Source of the DNA: an uncultured delta proteobacterium
GTDB lineage: Bacteria; Desulfobacterota; BSN033; UBA1163
Assembly (NCBI GenBank): GCA_963731045.1
Contig: CAVSVC010000015.1
Coordinates: 27,235 to 91,234, forward strand
Direction: 5' to 3'
DNA length: 64,000 bases
Position numbers and translations under genes: made by a program. Below are positions 28,405-38,886 of this stretch, in pieces; within the stretch, counting starts at the first letter, position 1; each line of letters starts with the position of its first letter. The notes under the pieces were generated by a model. That model was not told the origin of the DNA, did not search any database, and saw nothing but the letters and a program-made list of their open reading frames with translations.

Positions 28405-29019
28405 AACGCATTTTTAGACAAAGCCGCCGAGGGAGGTATAACGACCTCTTGCACGCAATTAAGATCATCCAGAAACTGCCGGACTTAGACCATCTCCGCC
28501 GCTCCGAGTCTTTCCGTCGCTTCGAGGAAAAATTGTTGTAACACAATTGGTATCCTCCGTGACAGATGGAATTGGTGGATGAAGGCAGGGGAGCAAAAGA
28601 ACTCCTCATAACCTGAGCTCTTTTTTAAGATGATTAGGAAAGGTACGTTTTGTCCAGGATTCTATTATAAAAGGAAACATTCCCGTTTTTATCCATGAGC
28701 AGAAAGAATTAAAAAGGGACTTTTTCTTCTGGAGCGGCGGTATGTTTACAAAACATCTCTGCCAGTCGATATAAACAACACCTGCCAACGGAGGTAGAAC
28801 TTCGGGCAGAACTTCGACGTGAACTCAGGCTGCTAAAATGGGATTCGACGGCCAATCCCAAAAATGCGACGGCCCTGACTACCCTTTCGGGAGAGCCCCA
28901 TGGGCCCTTATTATCAGGGCGGAACCTTTAGACTTATAAATAATACGTCAGATCAGGAAACAGATATCAAGAAGAATATTCAGCGAAAAGTAAACCCTCG
29001 GTTGGGGGTCCAGCAACCT

Positions 29020-29070
29020 GTAGGAGCACCATCCTGGTGCGACTCGGTCGCGGCCGGAAGCCGCTCCTAC
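29020..29070. repeat. GTAG-type REP doublet
   Basis: GTAGGAGCACCATCCTGGTGCGA ... TCGCGGCCGGAAGCCGCTCCTAC. Confidence 0.7.
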
Positions 29071-29130
29071 CACGGGGGCGGGTAGATCTCTTCCACCGTA
29101 ACCGAAGGGTTACAACAAAAAGGGGAAGAT

Positions 29131-29200
29131 GTTACCCAGACTTTTACCCAGGATAGTTCTGGATAAAAGTCTGGATAACGCCGCAACTTATTGACATAAT
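29131..29200. repeat. att-like palindromic repeat, copy 1
   Basis: GTTACCCAGACTTTTACCCAGGATAGTTCTGGATAAAAGTCTGGATAAC plus AACTTATTGACATAA. Confidence 0.7.
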
Positions 29201-29613
29201 TATCCTTTAAAAGTATCTACAAAACCCGGGTACCCGAGATGATAACAGTCCTAACCCCAAGGAACCCTGATTTTCCATCTCTCCGTTCCAGAACAACTGC
29301 GGGAACCGGATTCTCACGTTTCTGGACGATCGGTAACGTGAAGATCTTGGATACCCCGCTCTTGGGGTTGCTATGTATGGTAAGATCTTCATTGCTACGG
29401 ATATTTTGAGGGAAATAGAAAGAAGGCGGGGGCCAGACTAGTAAATTATATTCTTGAGGCACAAAATATAATTTGCCTTTTGAGAATTATATCTCCGTAT
29501 CAATCTTGTTCCGGGGTCCAGAGCACCTGGATAACTCTTGTCAACGACGAGAGAATTGGACTGACTTTGGAACACTCGGACTTCATTGATATTTTCAATT
29601 CATGTGGGGAAAA

Positions 29614-29755
29614 GAGCGGTCAGTTTAACGTAAGAATTCCCAAAGACCTCCACCGGAAATTGGTGAGAAAGGCAGAGGAAGAGGGAGTGAGCTTAAATGC
29701 ACTCGTGACCTACCTCTTGAGCCGGACGATGGAAAAAGAGAAAGCTGTGCGATGA
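29614..29755 (+). pseudogene. C-terminal HicB-type RHH domain fragment
   Basis: SGQFNVRIPKDLHRKLVRKAEEEGVSLNALV; no HicB N-terminal domain or HicA. Confidence 0.7.
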
Positions 29756-30037
29756 AATATACGAACTCAGCCAGGAGAAGTTGGTGAAGAAGATGAAAGA
29801 GGTTTTGGGGCTACCAGTGGATTGTCCAAAGGCGATTCCGGCTGGCATCGTTGATCGTTTCGAGAGGTGGCATAAGGCGAAAGTGGTGTGAATTGGAAAA
29901 TGAATTCACGAGACGGATTTGCAACTGGTCGGATTTTAAAGGGATTTTTAACACCCCTATGAATACGATAATGGCTGTGTCCCTCTTTTCTGTGTTGTTC
30001 ATAGGGGATGAGGAAGAATGTGGCCGCTACCCTTGAT

Positions 30038-30107
30038 TTAATCCAGATTCTTACCCAGATTATTCCTGGATAAAAGTCTGGATAACATCGGAACATTTTG
30101 AAATAAC
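30038..30107. repeat. att-like palindromic repeat, copy 2
   Basis: TTAATCCAGATTCTTACCCAGATTATTCCTGGATAAAAGTCTGGATAAC plus AACATTTTGAAATAA; 21 bp identical to copy 1. Confidence 0.7.
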
Positions 30108-30190
30108 AGTACTTTTTGACATTGAAATAATTAACACCCGCGTGGTTTCAAAAGGAGATGAAGAATCAGCATTGCAGGAGATCGTGAGAG

Positions 30191-30885
30191 ATGAAAACCC
30201 ATGGAGAATGGCAGAAGACTGAGCTTGCTCGCTTCCTGGAGAAGAACCGGGACGCCCCGCTGCTCGATTCGAAGACGGTGCTCCTGGCGAATCCGAAAGA
30301 GAAGAGAGAGCTGGAAAGGATGATTAAGCAAGTCTTCTTGCCAACGATCCGTGAGACTTTGGCTTCAACTCCGTTCCGTCTCTCGGATCCGAGAGATCCT
30401 CGATTCTCATGGGTTGTTGCCGGCGGTCTCTCCGGTTGCACCTCCGTGTCCTATACATTCGTGCTGGAAGATCCGGAGCGGCCGCTGCTGCCCGGAAACG
30501 TTCCGCCGTGGTACTGTAGAGGCACAGTTACATGTTCGCTCATGGACTACATGATCAAGTTCGAGTTTTTCGTGCACCTCCCGATCAGTTTCAGCCTTCC
30601 GAAAATTCTCAGACTCCTCGGAGATCCAATGTTCTCAGGGATGCCCCCGAATCTCACAATGGAACGAGGCATCAAAGAAACGATATTTTCTTGGCTTTCA
30701 GCGAGGGATCGGGAGCCGATTGGGGAATGCGTAATCACGACCGGGCTGTCGCACATCTGCGGGAAAAGATTGATCAGAACGTGGAAGTGATCAAGGCCGT
30801 GTACGAACTTGAGGAAGACTATAAAAGCGTGAAGAGCTTCAATGTGTTACGAAATGCTCTTCGCGAGGCGTATCAGGCCTATTAG
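30191..30885 (+). CDS. hypothetical protein (~230 aa after correcting a probable frameshift near 30745)
   Basis: 199-aa ORF continuing into an overlapping frame ending ...NALREAYQAY*; no recognised motif. Confidence 0.5.
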
Positions 30886-30952
30886 GGTGAAAAGCCGGAC
30901 TTGAAGAAACGAAGTTGCAGGATCTGACCGTTTAGACGAGGAAAGGGTAGAA

Positions 30953-33388
30953 ATGGAACAATTCATCTGGACACAGTCTGGCCTTATGAGACTGGCTCAG
31001 CACAAGAAGCCCATCGTCAGGCAATGGGTTTGTGAGAGAATGGTCTCTCTTTACGGAAAAGCGGGGATCGGCGTTCTGGAAGAGCTCTTAAGAGATAAAG
31101 AGGAAAGTGTGTTGTTAGAGGCGCTCGATTACTTGGAGGAATACCCGGAAGCGGGATTTAAGGACGCCCTCCTGGAAATCTACAGGGGCCGAAAGGGCGC
31201 TATTGCTTCGAAGGCGGCCATTCTGCTTGGAGAATTGAAGGATGAGAGGCTCGTATCGGTCTATCAAAAAAAGAGGACCGCGGGGCAGATCGAATTTGAC
31301 GAACTGATCGGGGTCATCGATGGTCTGGGAGAACTGGCTACCCAAGAGGCAAGAGCCATTTTGCGAGAGAAACTTCCTGAAATATCCAGAGAAAGTGATT
31401 CCATCTTCATCAGTGCCCTGGTTCGAGCCCTGCTCATGGCAAGGGAGGATCTTTCCATCGTTCTCGATTGTTATGCCCGCAACCATGAAAGCTTAGGCCT
31501 GGAAATCCTTTACCCTCTGACTTCGCTCTGCGGCTCCTGGTACTCGCTGGAAGATCTTAAAGAGAAAGCGAAAAAAAAGCTGTTCAAAAAAACAGTGCCG
31601 TATGCGGCTTCGGATTCCCTCTCCTATCTGAAGGAGATGGGTTTTTCCTCTCTGGCAAGAGACCTTGAAGGAGCTTTTAAGAAACAGGGCTATCGCCGAG
31701 TTGTCGAGGTTGCATGGAGCCAAGCAGAAAAGATAGCCAACGAAACGGGAATGAATGTTGAATTCGCCTGCTCCTCTGAAATCAATTCGCCCCCATTGAT
31801 GAACTATCGGGTTCTTCGGGCCATACATGAGTTCCTGAATCATAGGCCGGAGGGTGGGCCGGAAGAACTGGCCCTGATTGCCGCGGTCATCCTTTCCAAG
31901 CTTATCGAATTCAGGAATGCGCTGGGCTTGAAGGTCGAAGAGATGGATGACCCGGCGATGTTCCAATCTCTGTTCGATGACCGAGACCGGCTGGAGATCG
32001 ATGGCCTCCTATCCAATAAGATTTTGAGCACCCTCGATCATGAAATGATTCTAAATCGTTGTCTTCAGGAATTGAAAGATCATCCCTCTTCCTGGGGAAT
32101 CGAACGGGCGATTGAGATGCTTGGAAAGCTCAAAGATGAAAGAGCACTTCCCGACCTGTTCGATTTTCTCAAGAGTGATCGCGATGAGGCTGCCCGCGAG
32201 GAATCTATCGAGGCTATTGCTGCCATCGGGATCTTTTCGGTCAATTATACGGAGAGGCATTTCGATCAGTTAGCCGAAAATCAAATGCGGCAGGTCCTTT
32301 ATGCCTTAGAGAATATTCCCCTCGAAGAGACAGTCGACTTCATCCTCCGCCACTGGGACAAGCTCTGGTCCCTCCATAAAGAGCCTTTCCTCAATGTTGT
32401 GGAAAGCATTGGGTCCAAGAGGTTTATCGAACCTCTCCGGAGAGAGTTGCGGGAGGGAGAAGCAATGGAAGCGGAGGTTTATTATCTTCTCTGCCACATC
32501 CATGGCGTCCAAGACGCTTTGATCCCGCGGATTGAAAAAACGATGGCGAAACGGGAGAAAGAAGTGGAGCAGAGGTTGAAGACTTTCGAGAAAGATCCGA
32601 AAGATCTTCTGGAAAAGAGCATCAAGGTGGAGCTCAAATGCCTCCAATGCCAGAAGTCGTATCATTACGACGTTGAAAATATCTATTTCCTCCCGAAGGG
32701 GAAGGAAAGATCAAAAATCGCCGACAAAATCGTGTGCAAGAATTGCAGAGCAGTTAACCGCTATGAGATTACGACCATGGGCGAGTTTGCCATTACTAGC
32801 CATCTCGTTATGACATTGGCTCTGGCAGAGAAAGGAGAGAAGATCGATCTCGAACGGAGTCCGATTAAGATGGTCGAAACGGGATTGACGGATGGCAGGC
32901 GCATGTCCTTCGACGAGGCTTTCGAATACTATCAAAAAGAGATCGAAAGGTTGCCGAATGACCCCGCGGTGAGAGTTGGATATGGAAATATCTTGATGAA
33001 AAAAGGCGAGGCAGAGGAAGCCATTCTGCACTATCGAGAGGCGTTGCGGTTGGACCCCATGGCTGTGGAGGCCTATTGCTGTATCGGAGAGTATGAAGGA
33101 GACAGAGGAAAGGTCTCTTTGGCCTATGACTATTTCAAGAAGGCGGCCGATTGCATGGACACGGGCCACTATTACAGGACGAGGGACCCTGACGAAGTAA
33201 AGCAGGCCATTTTAGATAACCTGGAGAATTTTGAGGAGATCCTGGGTAGGAGGAGCGTTGGAAGGCCTCTTCCCCTGTCTTCGGAGATCGCTAAGACGGA
33301 GAAACTGGGAAGGAATGCACCGTGTCCGTGCGGGAGTGGAAAGAAATATAAGAAGTGCTGCCTCGATAAGGAGGAACTTACCCGCTGA
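30953..33388 (+). CDS. HEAT-repeat + CxxC/CxxC zinc ribbon + TPR + C-terminal SEC-C motif protein
   Basis: LGELKDERL/LGKLKDERAL HEAT units; CLQC..CKNC; YREALRLDP TPR; GRNAPCPCGSGKKYKKCC. Confidence 0.85.
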   Translation: MEQFIWTQSGLMRLAQHKKPIVRQWVCERMVSLYGKAGIGVLEELLRDKEESVLLEALDYLEEYPEAGFKDALLEIYRGRKGAIASKAAILLGELKDERLVSVYQKKRTAGQIEFDELIGVIDGLGELATQEARAILREKLPEISRESDSIFISALVRALLMAREDLSIVLDCYARNHESLGLEILYPLTSLCGSWYSLEDLKEKAKKKLFKKTVPYAASDSLSYLKEMGFSSLARDLEGAFKKQGYRRVVEVAWSQAEKIANETGMNVEFACSSEINSPPLMNYRVLRAIHEFLNHRPEGGPEELALIAAVILSKLIEFRNALGLKVEEMDDPAMFQSLFDDRDRLEIDGLLSNKILSTLDHEMILNRCLQELKDHPSSWGIERAIEMLGKLKDERALPDLFDFLKSDRDEAAREESIEAIAAIGIFSVNYTERHFDQLAENQMRQVLYALENIPLEETVDFILRHWDKLWSLHKEPFLNVVESIGSKRFIEPLRRELREGEAMEAEVYYLLCHIHGVQDALIPRIEKTMAKREKEVEQRLKTFEKDPKDLLEKSIKVELKCLQCQKSYHYDVENIYFLPKGKERSKIADKIVCKNCRAVNRYEITTMGEFAITSHLVMTLALAEKGEKIDLERSPIKMVETGLTDGRRMSFDEAFEYYQKEIERLPNDPAVRVGYGNILMKKGEAEEAILHYREALRLDPMAVEAYCCIGEYEGDRGKVSLAYDYFKKAADCMDTGHYYRTRDPDEVKQAILDNLENFEEILGRRSVGRPLPLSSEIAKTEKLGRNAPCPCGSGKKYKKCCLDKEELTR

Positions 33389-33411
33389 GCAAGGACGACA
33401 AAAAAGGAATA

Positions 33412-33434
33412 TGTCGCACCCTTCGGGTGCGACA
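33412..33434. terminator. hairpin between convergent genes
   Basis: TGTCGCACCC-TTC-GGGTGCGACA. Confidence 0.55.
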
Positions 33435-33465
33435 CCATTTCAAAAGACGTCGCTCAGTTCCGTCT

Positions 33466-34780
33466 TTACAACTTGATCATGCTGGGCAGCCAGAGGGCCA
33501 CCGGGGGCCAGACCATGATGATGGCCATCACGAGGATGTCGAAGATCATGTATGGAATCGCAGCCCAGATGATCTGATCCATGGTGACGTCTTTCGGTGC
33601 GACCCCCTTCATCACGAAGAGGAGCATTCCGAAGGGCGGGGTCAACTGCCCCATCTCGATGTTGATGAGAAAGAGGACACCGAACCAGACCGGGTCAAAA
33701 CCAAGGGTATTCGAGATCGGCATGAACACGGGCAGGCAGATCATCATGATGGAGACACCGTCCATGAAACAGCCCATGAAACCGATGATGACCTGCATCG
33801 CAATCAGGATAAGGATCGGATGAACATGGAGGTTCTGGATGAGACCCAGGAGCCCCTTGGACGCCCCGGTGTAGGCCAGGATCGTACTGAAGGTGGTGGA
33901 TGCTGCAATGATCATGAAGACCATCACCCAGATTTCTATAGAACCTTTCAGAGAGGCTTTGAGCACCTGCCAGTTGAAGCACCTGTAGATGAGGGTTACG
34001 ATGAAGGTCGCAATGGTTCCAGAGGCGGCTGCTTCCGTGGGGGTTGCCAGCCCCAATATGATCACTCCGATCACGGCGAAGATGATAAACCCGATCGGGA
34101 CCAGATGTTTCACGGTGAGGACCACTTTCTCGCGAAAGGGAGTGGGCGGGATGACATAGTTGGGTGCGCAAGAAGGGTTCAGCCAAGCATTCAAAATAAT
34201 ATAAGCAGCAAACATTGCCCCTAATAAGACGCCGGGAATGACCCCGGCCATGAGCAAGCCGCCCACAGAGATCCCGGCGATGCTCGCCAAGGATCACTGC
34301 GAGGGCGGAAGGGGGAATAAGCATGGCGAGTCCTCCGGACCCGATGATGGGGCCTACGGACATGGAGACACTGTACCCCCTTTTTCTCATTTCAGGGAGG
34401 AGGACTGTTCCCAGCATCGCGGTATTCGCCATGGTGGAGCCGCTCGTTGCGGCAAAGATCGTTCCGCTGACAGCCGCCAGAACGCCCAGCCGTCCAGGCA
34501 CGCGGCCGAGCCACCGGTCCATAATATTAAGCGCGATATCCGCAACATGAGAATGGAACATGAGCTCCCCCATTAAAATGAACAAGGGGACCGGTGTGAC
34601 GGTAAAGATGGAAAGAGCACTGAAAATTCCGAGAGTGATATTCTTCAAGCCGGCGGAGCCCATGAAGACCAGTATGCACAGAACGTCCATGAGCAAAAAG
34701 GCAAAAGCCACTGGAAACCTTGCCAGGAGCAAAACGATCAGTCCGCCGAGGAAAAAGGTCAATACCAGCCACCATTCCAT
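33466..34780 (-). CDS. dctM: TRAP large permease (frameshift near 34290)
   Basis: PLFILMG, AATSGS, LIPPS, TPTEAA, GFDPVWFG, TPPFG. Confidence 0.9.
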
Positions 34781-34781
34781 G

Positions 34782-35300
34782 CTAATGCCCGCCTCCTTCA
34801 GGATCGGGGTTTTCGCCCTCTTCAGAATCTAGCTGATTGAATCCCTGCTACAAAGTTACGTCAAATTGGAGAACGAGAAGGAAGAATCCCAGAGGAATAA
34901 CGAACAGGACGTAGGCCATGGGCACGTCAACCGCCTGAACGTGGATCACTTTTCTCTGAAAATTTTCGATCGTGGTCAATGTTCCGTACCAGCACAGAAT
35001 AGCGCAAAGACCTGTTCCCAGAAGGCTGTGGACGAGATCGAAAATCTTCTGAGTCCGCTGGCTGAACCGGGAGACAACCAGCTCGATGGAGACGTGCTTT
35101 CCCTTTGAGAGAAGCCATGCAGACCCCAGGAAGGTTGCAAAGAGCATGGCATACTCATTGAACTGGACGATCCAGAGCGGTCCCGGAAGCCCCACGGCCC
35201 GGGCGAATATGGCATAGCCGATCGTGAGGGTCATGAAAACAAGGATGATACTAATGACCACTGCCAGGAAATCGAATACTCTGTCCAGCACCTTTGTCAT
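34782..35300 (-). CDS. dctQ: TRAP small permease (3' end uncertain; probable frameshift near 34860)
   Basis: FLGSAWLL..KHVSIEL, four TM segments, located between dctP and dctM. Confidence 0.83.
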
Positions 35301-35424
35301 GGGCGTTATCCTTATTATTTGAAAAACGCGCTTGCCCCTGCGAAGGCAGGAGCAAGCGCCCTTAAAGCCTCAGTTCCTTAACAAAAAATCTTTGTCGGAC
35401 CGGGTGAAGGTATCACTGGAGGGT

Positions 35425-36423
35425 CTATTTCTTCGTGATCATCTCATACAGTTTCTTCCCCTCTTCCGGGACCTTCTTCAGGACAATCTCCATCATGGCA
35501 TCGTCGGCCATCTTCGAGAATCTCGCAGCCTCAGCCGGCGGCAGCTGAATGATCTGCACTCCGGCTTTCTTGAACTCTTCCACTTCCCCCTGAAGCTTCT
35601 TTTCGTAGTTTCCCATCACCAGGCGTTCCCCCTTCGCAAACTCTTCCGTAAGGAAGTCCTTCATGGGGGCAGGGAGTTTCTTCCAGAAATCGAGGTTCGT
35701 CAGGACAAGCAGGGTGGGCTGATAGAAGCCCGGACGGAACATGTATTTGGTTACAGGGAGCAGACCCATGGTCCGGATCGAGGCAACAGGCTGAATATAT
35801 CCGGCGACGACCGAACGTTCCATGGCCGTATAGATCTCTGCAGGCGGGGTCACGACAGGTTCCACTCCCAGGTTCTTCATGAATTGGATGTGGGTCGGGG
35901 AGACCCGGATCTTCATCCCTTTGAAATCCTCGATCTTCTGAACCGGTTTTCCCAAATAGATGTAAAACAGGTCTCCTGTGCCCAGACGGCTCATATAATG
36001 AGCATTGGCCTTCTTGTTGTGAAGTTGTTCCAGATAATCATTCACCCCGGCCTGCCTCTCCTCCCAGGGTTTCATGGTGGTCAGGCTCATGATGTCCATC
36101 TCAGGCATGATGGAAGTATAATAGCTGGCTGCGGTCAGGATCATGTCGACCATTCCGCTGCGGAGGGCTTCGACCTGCTGCTGGGTCGGGATGACCTCGC
36201 TCGCGCCCTTATAATCGATGACCAGCTGGCCGGGAAACTTCTGATTCGCGGCTTTCTGAATCGCATCAACCACCAGTAAGAACTGCTGGGTCTCGTACTG
36301 AGCAGCCTGGGACCAGGCGGCAACGGTTCGAATGGTGAATTTTTCTGCGGCATAAGAAGCGCCGGAAAACGCTCCCAACAGAACAACGGCTGTGAAGGCT
36401 ACCGCTAAGTATCTCTTCATCAT
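35425..36423 (-). CDS. dctP: TRAP substrate-binding protein
   Basis: signal peptide; ALRSGMVD, DFKGMKIR, EIYTAMER. Confidence 0.9.
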   Translation of the reverse strand: MMKRYLAVAFTAVVLLGAFSGASYAAEKFTIRTVAAWSQAAQYETQQFLLVVDAIQKAANQKFPGQLVIDYKGASEVIPTQQQVEALRSGMVDMILTAASYYTSIMPEMDIMSLTTMKPWEERQAGVNDYLEQLHNKKANAHYMSRLGTGDLFYIYLGKPVQKIEDFKGMKIRVSPTHIQFMKNLGVEPVVTPPAEIYTAMERSVVAGYIQPVASIRTMGLLPVTKYMFRPGFYQPTLLVLTNLDFWKKLPAPMKDFLTEEFAKGERLVMGNYEKKLQGEVEEFKKAGVQIIQLPPAEAARFSKMADDAMMEIVLKKVPEEGKKLYEMITKK

Positions 36424-36479
36424 TGTCTTCTCCCTTCCTTTTTAGGTTTGTGGTGCATTCGGATCGCCATTCCTTCTTC

Positions 36480-37414
36480 TTACCTCGGAATGAAATTGAC
36501 CAGGTTCTTTCTCTCTCCGGCCAGGAATTTCTGGAGGTTCGGCTCGAAGACGGTAAGGGCCTGATCCATGTAGATGTCGCTCATTCCGCCGACATGGGGT
36601 GTTATGAGCATGTTCTTGGTCTTCCAGAAGGGATGACCCTTTGGAAGCGGTTCCTGGATAAAGGCATCGAGGGCAGCCCCTGCGATCTTCCCCGAATTGA
36701 GGGCGTCGATCAGATCCTGCTCGTTGACCAGCTCTCCCCTTCCGATATTGATGAAGAAAGTCGAGGGTTTCATCGCGGCAAAGACCTTCTTGTTGATGAT
36801 GTTCTTGGTTTCGGGCGTGTAGGGAGCCACGACGATGAAATAGTCGACCTCAGCCGCCACCTTCTCGATGTCTTCCGGCCCGTAGAAGAAGTCGATGACA
36901 TCGAGTTTTCGGCGGAAAATATCGATTCCGTAGGTGGTCATCCCAAAGGCCTTGCATTTTCCTGCAAGCTCGACACCGATGGTCCCCACGCCGAAGATGG
37001 CGACCTTCTTCTGCCAGAGAAGTTTTCCATGCCACCGTTCCCACACCTCCCGGTCCTGGTTGTGAACGACCTCGGGGATAATTCCGATTCAAAGCAAGCA
37101 TGTGGAGAAAGGCGATCTCAGACATCTGGGGCCCATGAATTCCGCGCGTTGAAGTCAGGATAACATCCTTCCGGAGAGACGGGAGGTTCAGCATATAATC
37201 GACCCCGGTGGCAGGGCCTGGATCCACTTCAGATTCTTGGCCTTCTTGATCAGGTCATCCGAGATTCTGAAAGCGAGAAGGATGTCCGCTTTTTCGATGA
37301 AATCCCCGATCTCTTCTTCTTTGGAGACGGCATGCGTCACCACCTGTGGAAATTTGGAACTGGATCTTCTTTTCGTATTCCTTGGCATCCTGTTCAAGTG
37401 ATCAATAGATTCAT
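36480..37414 (-). CDS. D-isomer-specific 2-hydroxyacid dehydrogenase (several frameshifts)
   Basis: LKWIQ, TGVD, GVGTIG, INIGRG, AALD, EPL, ITPHVGG. Confidence 0.87.
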
Positions 37415-37447
37415 GCTATCACCCTCCTTTCGGCTTATGTGGCCTAT

Positions 37448-38641
37448 CTAAATGATAACGATTTCTTTAGGGAATGCATGCAGACAGTCGCTCACCCCGT
37501 TTTCGGTGACCATATAGTTGTCGCAGGCGTTTGCCCAGGCTGTCTGGACCGGCGGCTCCCGGGTGAACGCAAATATTCATCCCGGCCCGGAGCTTCATGG
37601 GCTCGTCGTTGCGGATCAAGGGCCTTTCGACGAGATCGTAACCCTGACCGTGGGCGTGGAGCCGTCTTTCAATGGCGTAACCTCTTCTTCTGGAGGAAGT
37701 CGTTATTGGCGTCAAAGATCTCCTTCGGATCTGACCCCGGGTTTCATCATGCTGAGGTTCAGCTTCTGGGCTTCCATGGCTACCCCAAATGCATCCTGGA
37801 GGTCCTGAGAGGGTTTTCCGATCGTGAAGATCCTGCCCAGTTCCGTGTAAAAGCCCCCCGGTCCGTTGACCTCGATCAGGATGGAGAACTGGTCCCCTTC
37901 CCGGATCACCCTGTTCTGGAAGTGGCGGAACTGGAATGGAACAGGCGTTCCGGCGGGTCCGGAGTTCACGAGGATGAGCTGTCTTTCGCTCCCCTGCATG
38001 ACACAGGAATACTGGGCCTCGGCCAGCATCTCATAGGTTCTTCGACCGGGTTTGAGCGTCTTCTTCACGTGCTCCATGGCCACATCCTGGAGGGCTGCCG
38101 TCCGCTTGATCAGTTCGATTTCTTCCGGGCTCTTGATGACCTTCATCTGGTCCACCGCCTCGGTGGCATCGATGAATCTCGTTCCCACCAGATGTTTTCT
38201 CAGGTATTCATAGAAGGTAATCGGGATGTAAGACCGGCCCACAAGCCCGACGGTGGCCCGCTTCTTCTGCTTCAGGACCTTCACGGCGAGCTCGGCATCA
38301 TAGGTGCTCGTGTAGTGGACGGACTCGAAATAAGGGGCTCCCAGCCGCTGCTTCACGCCCCGCACCGACCAGGCCGGAGGAAAAGGATCTGCCGGCGGAG
38401 TCCCGCCGCAGGTGATCAGGGTCATCTCCTCGTTTGCAGGAAAGATGACGGTAAAGGGGTAGCTGTGACGGGCCGAGAAATCGCTGAACCACTTCACATA
38501 GCCGCCGAGGAACTCCTCGTCCTGACGCATCAGGAGAAAGTCGATCTTGTTCGCACGCATCATCTGGCGGGCGGCCTTCCACCTTCGTTCAAGTTCTTCC
38601 GTCGAAACACAGGTTGTTAATCTCTCTTTGACATCTTCCAT
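37448..38641 (-). CDS. M24 (Xaa-Pro peptidase-fold) hydrolase with atypical metal ligands (several frameshifts at the 3' end)
   Basis: ELERRW, IKSPEEI, EVNGPGGFYTELGR, HGQG, VHPG, CDNY. Confidence 0.8.
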
Positions 38642-38886
38642 AGTATCTTCTTCCTTTCTCTATTTTGATTCTCAACCGGGTCGGTAGCCCGGCGAAACGA
38701 GTCGAAACCACATTCTATCTCAAAACGGGCCGTATTGCCATGCCTTTGAAGAATGGTTGAAAAACACGCCCTTTTTAACCAATACGTTCTTCCCTGTCAA
38801 GGATAGACCCTGCCCCTCCTGTCGTTGACACCGGCTTTCCCGGCCCTTATAATGCGATCAGAAAGAACAGGGGGGAGAGGGGCGCC

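Noticed and set aside
28839-28860. GGATTCGAC resembling a tmRNA 5' end or tRNA T-loop
   Set aside because: It is only a local hairpin (TGGGATT/AATCCCA); no acceptor stem or cloverleaf
10762-29110. 15-bp match CCGTAACCGAAGGGT at 10762 and 29096
   Set aside because: A 15-mer match can arise by chance in 64 kb, and only one copy is palindromic
28606-29462. Short ORFs with faint RAYT/IS200 transposase-like words (WQRCF; RSSRNVRIRFPQL)
   Set aside because: No HUH motif or catalytic Tyr region; too weak to call
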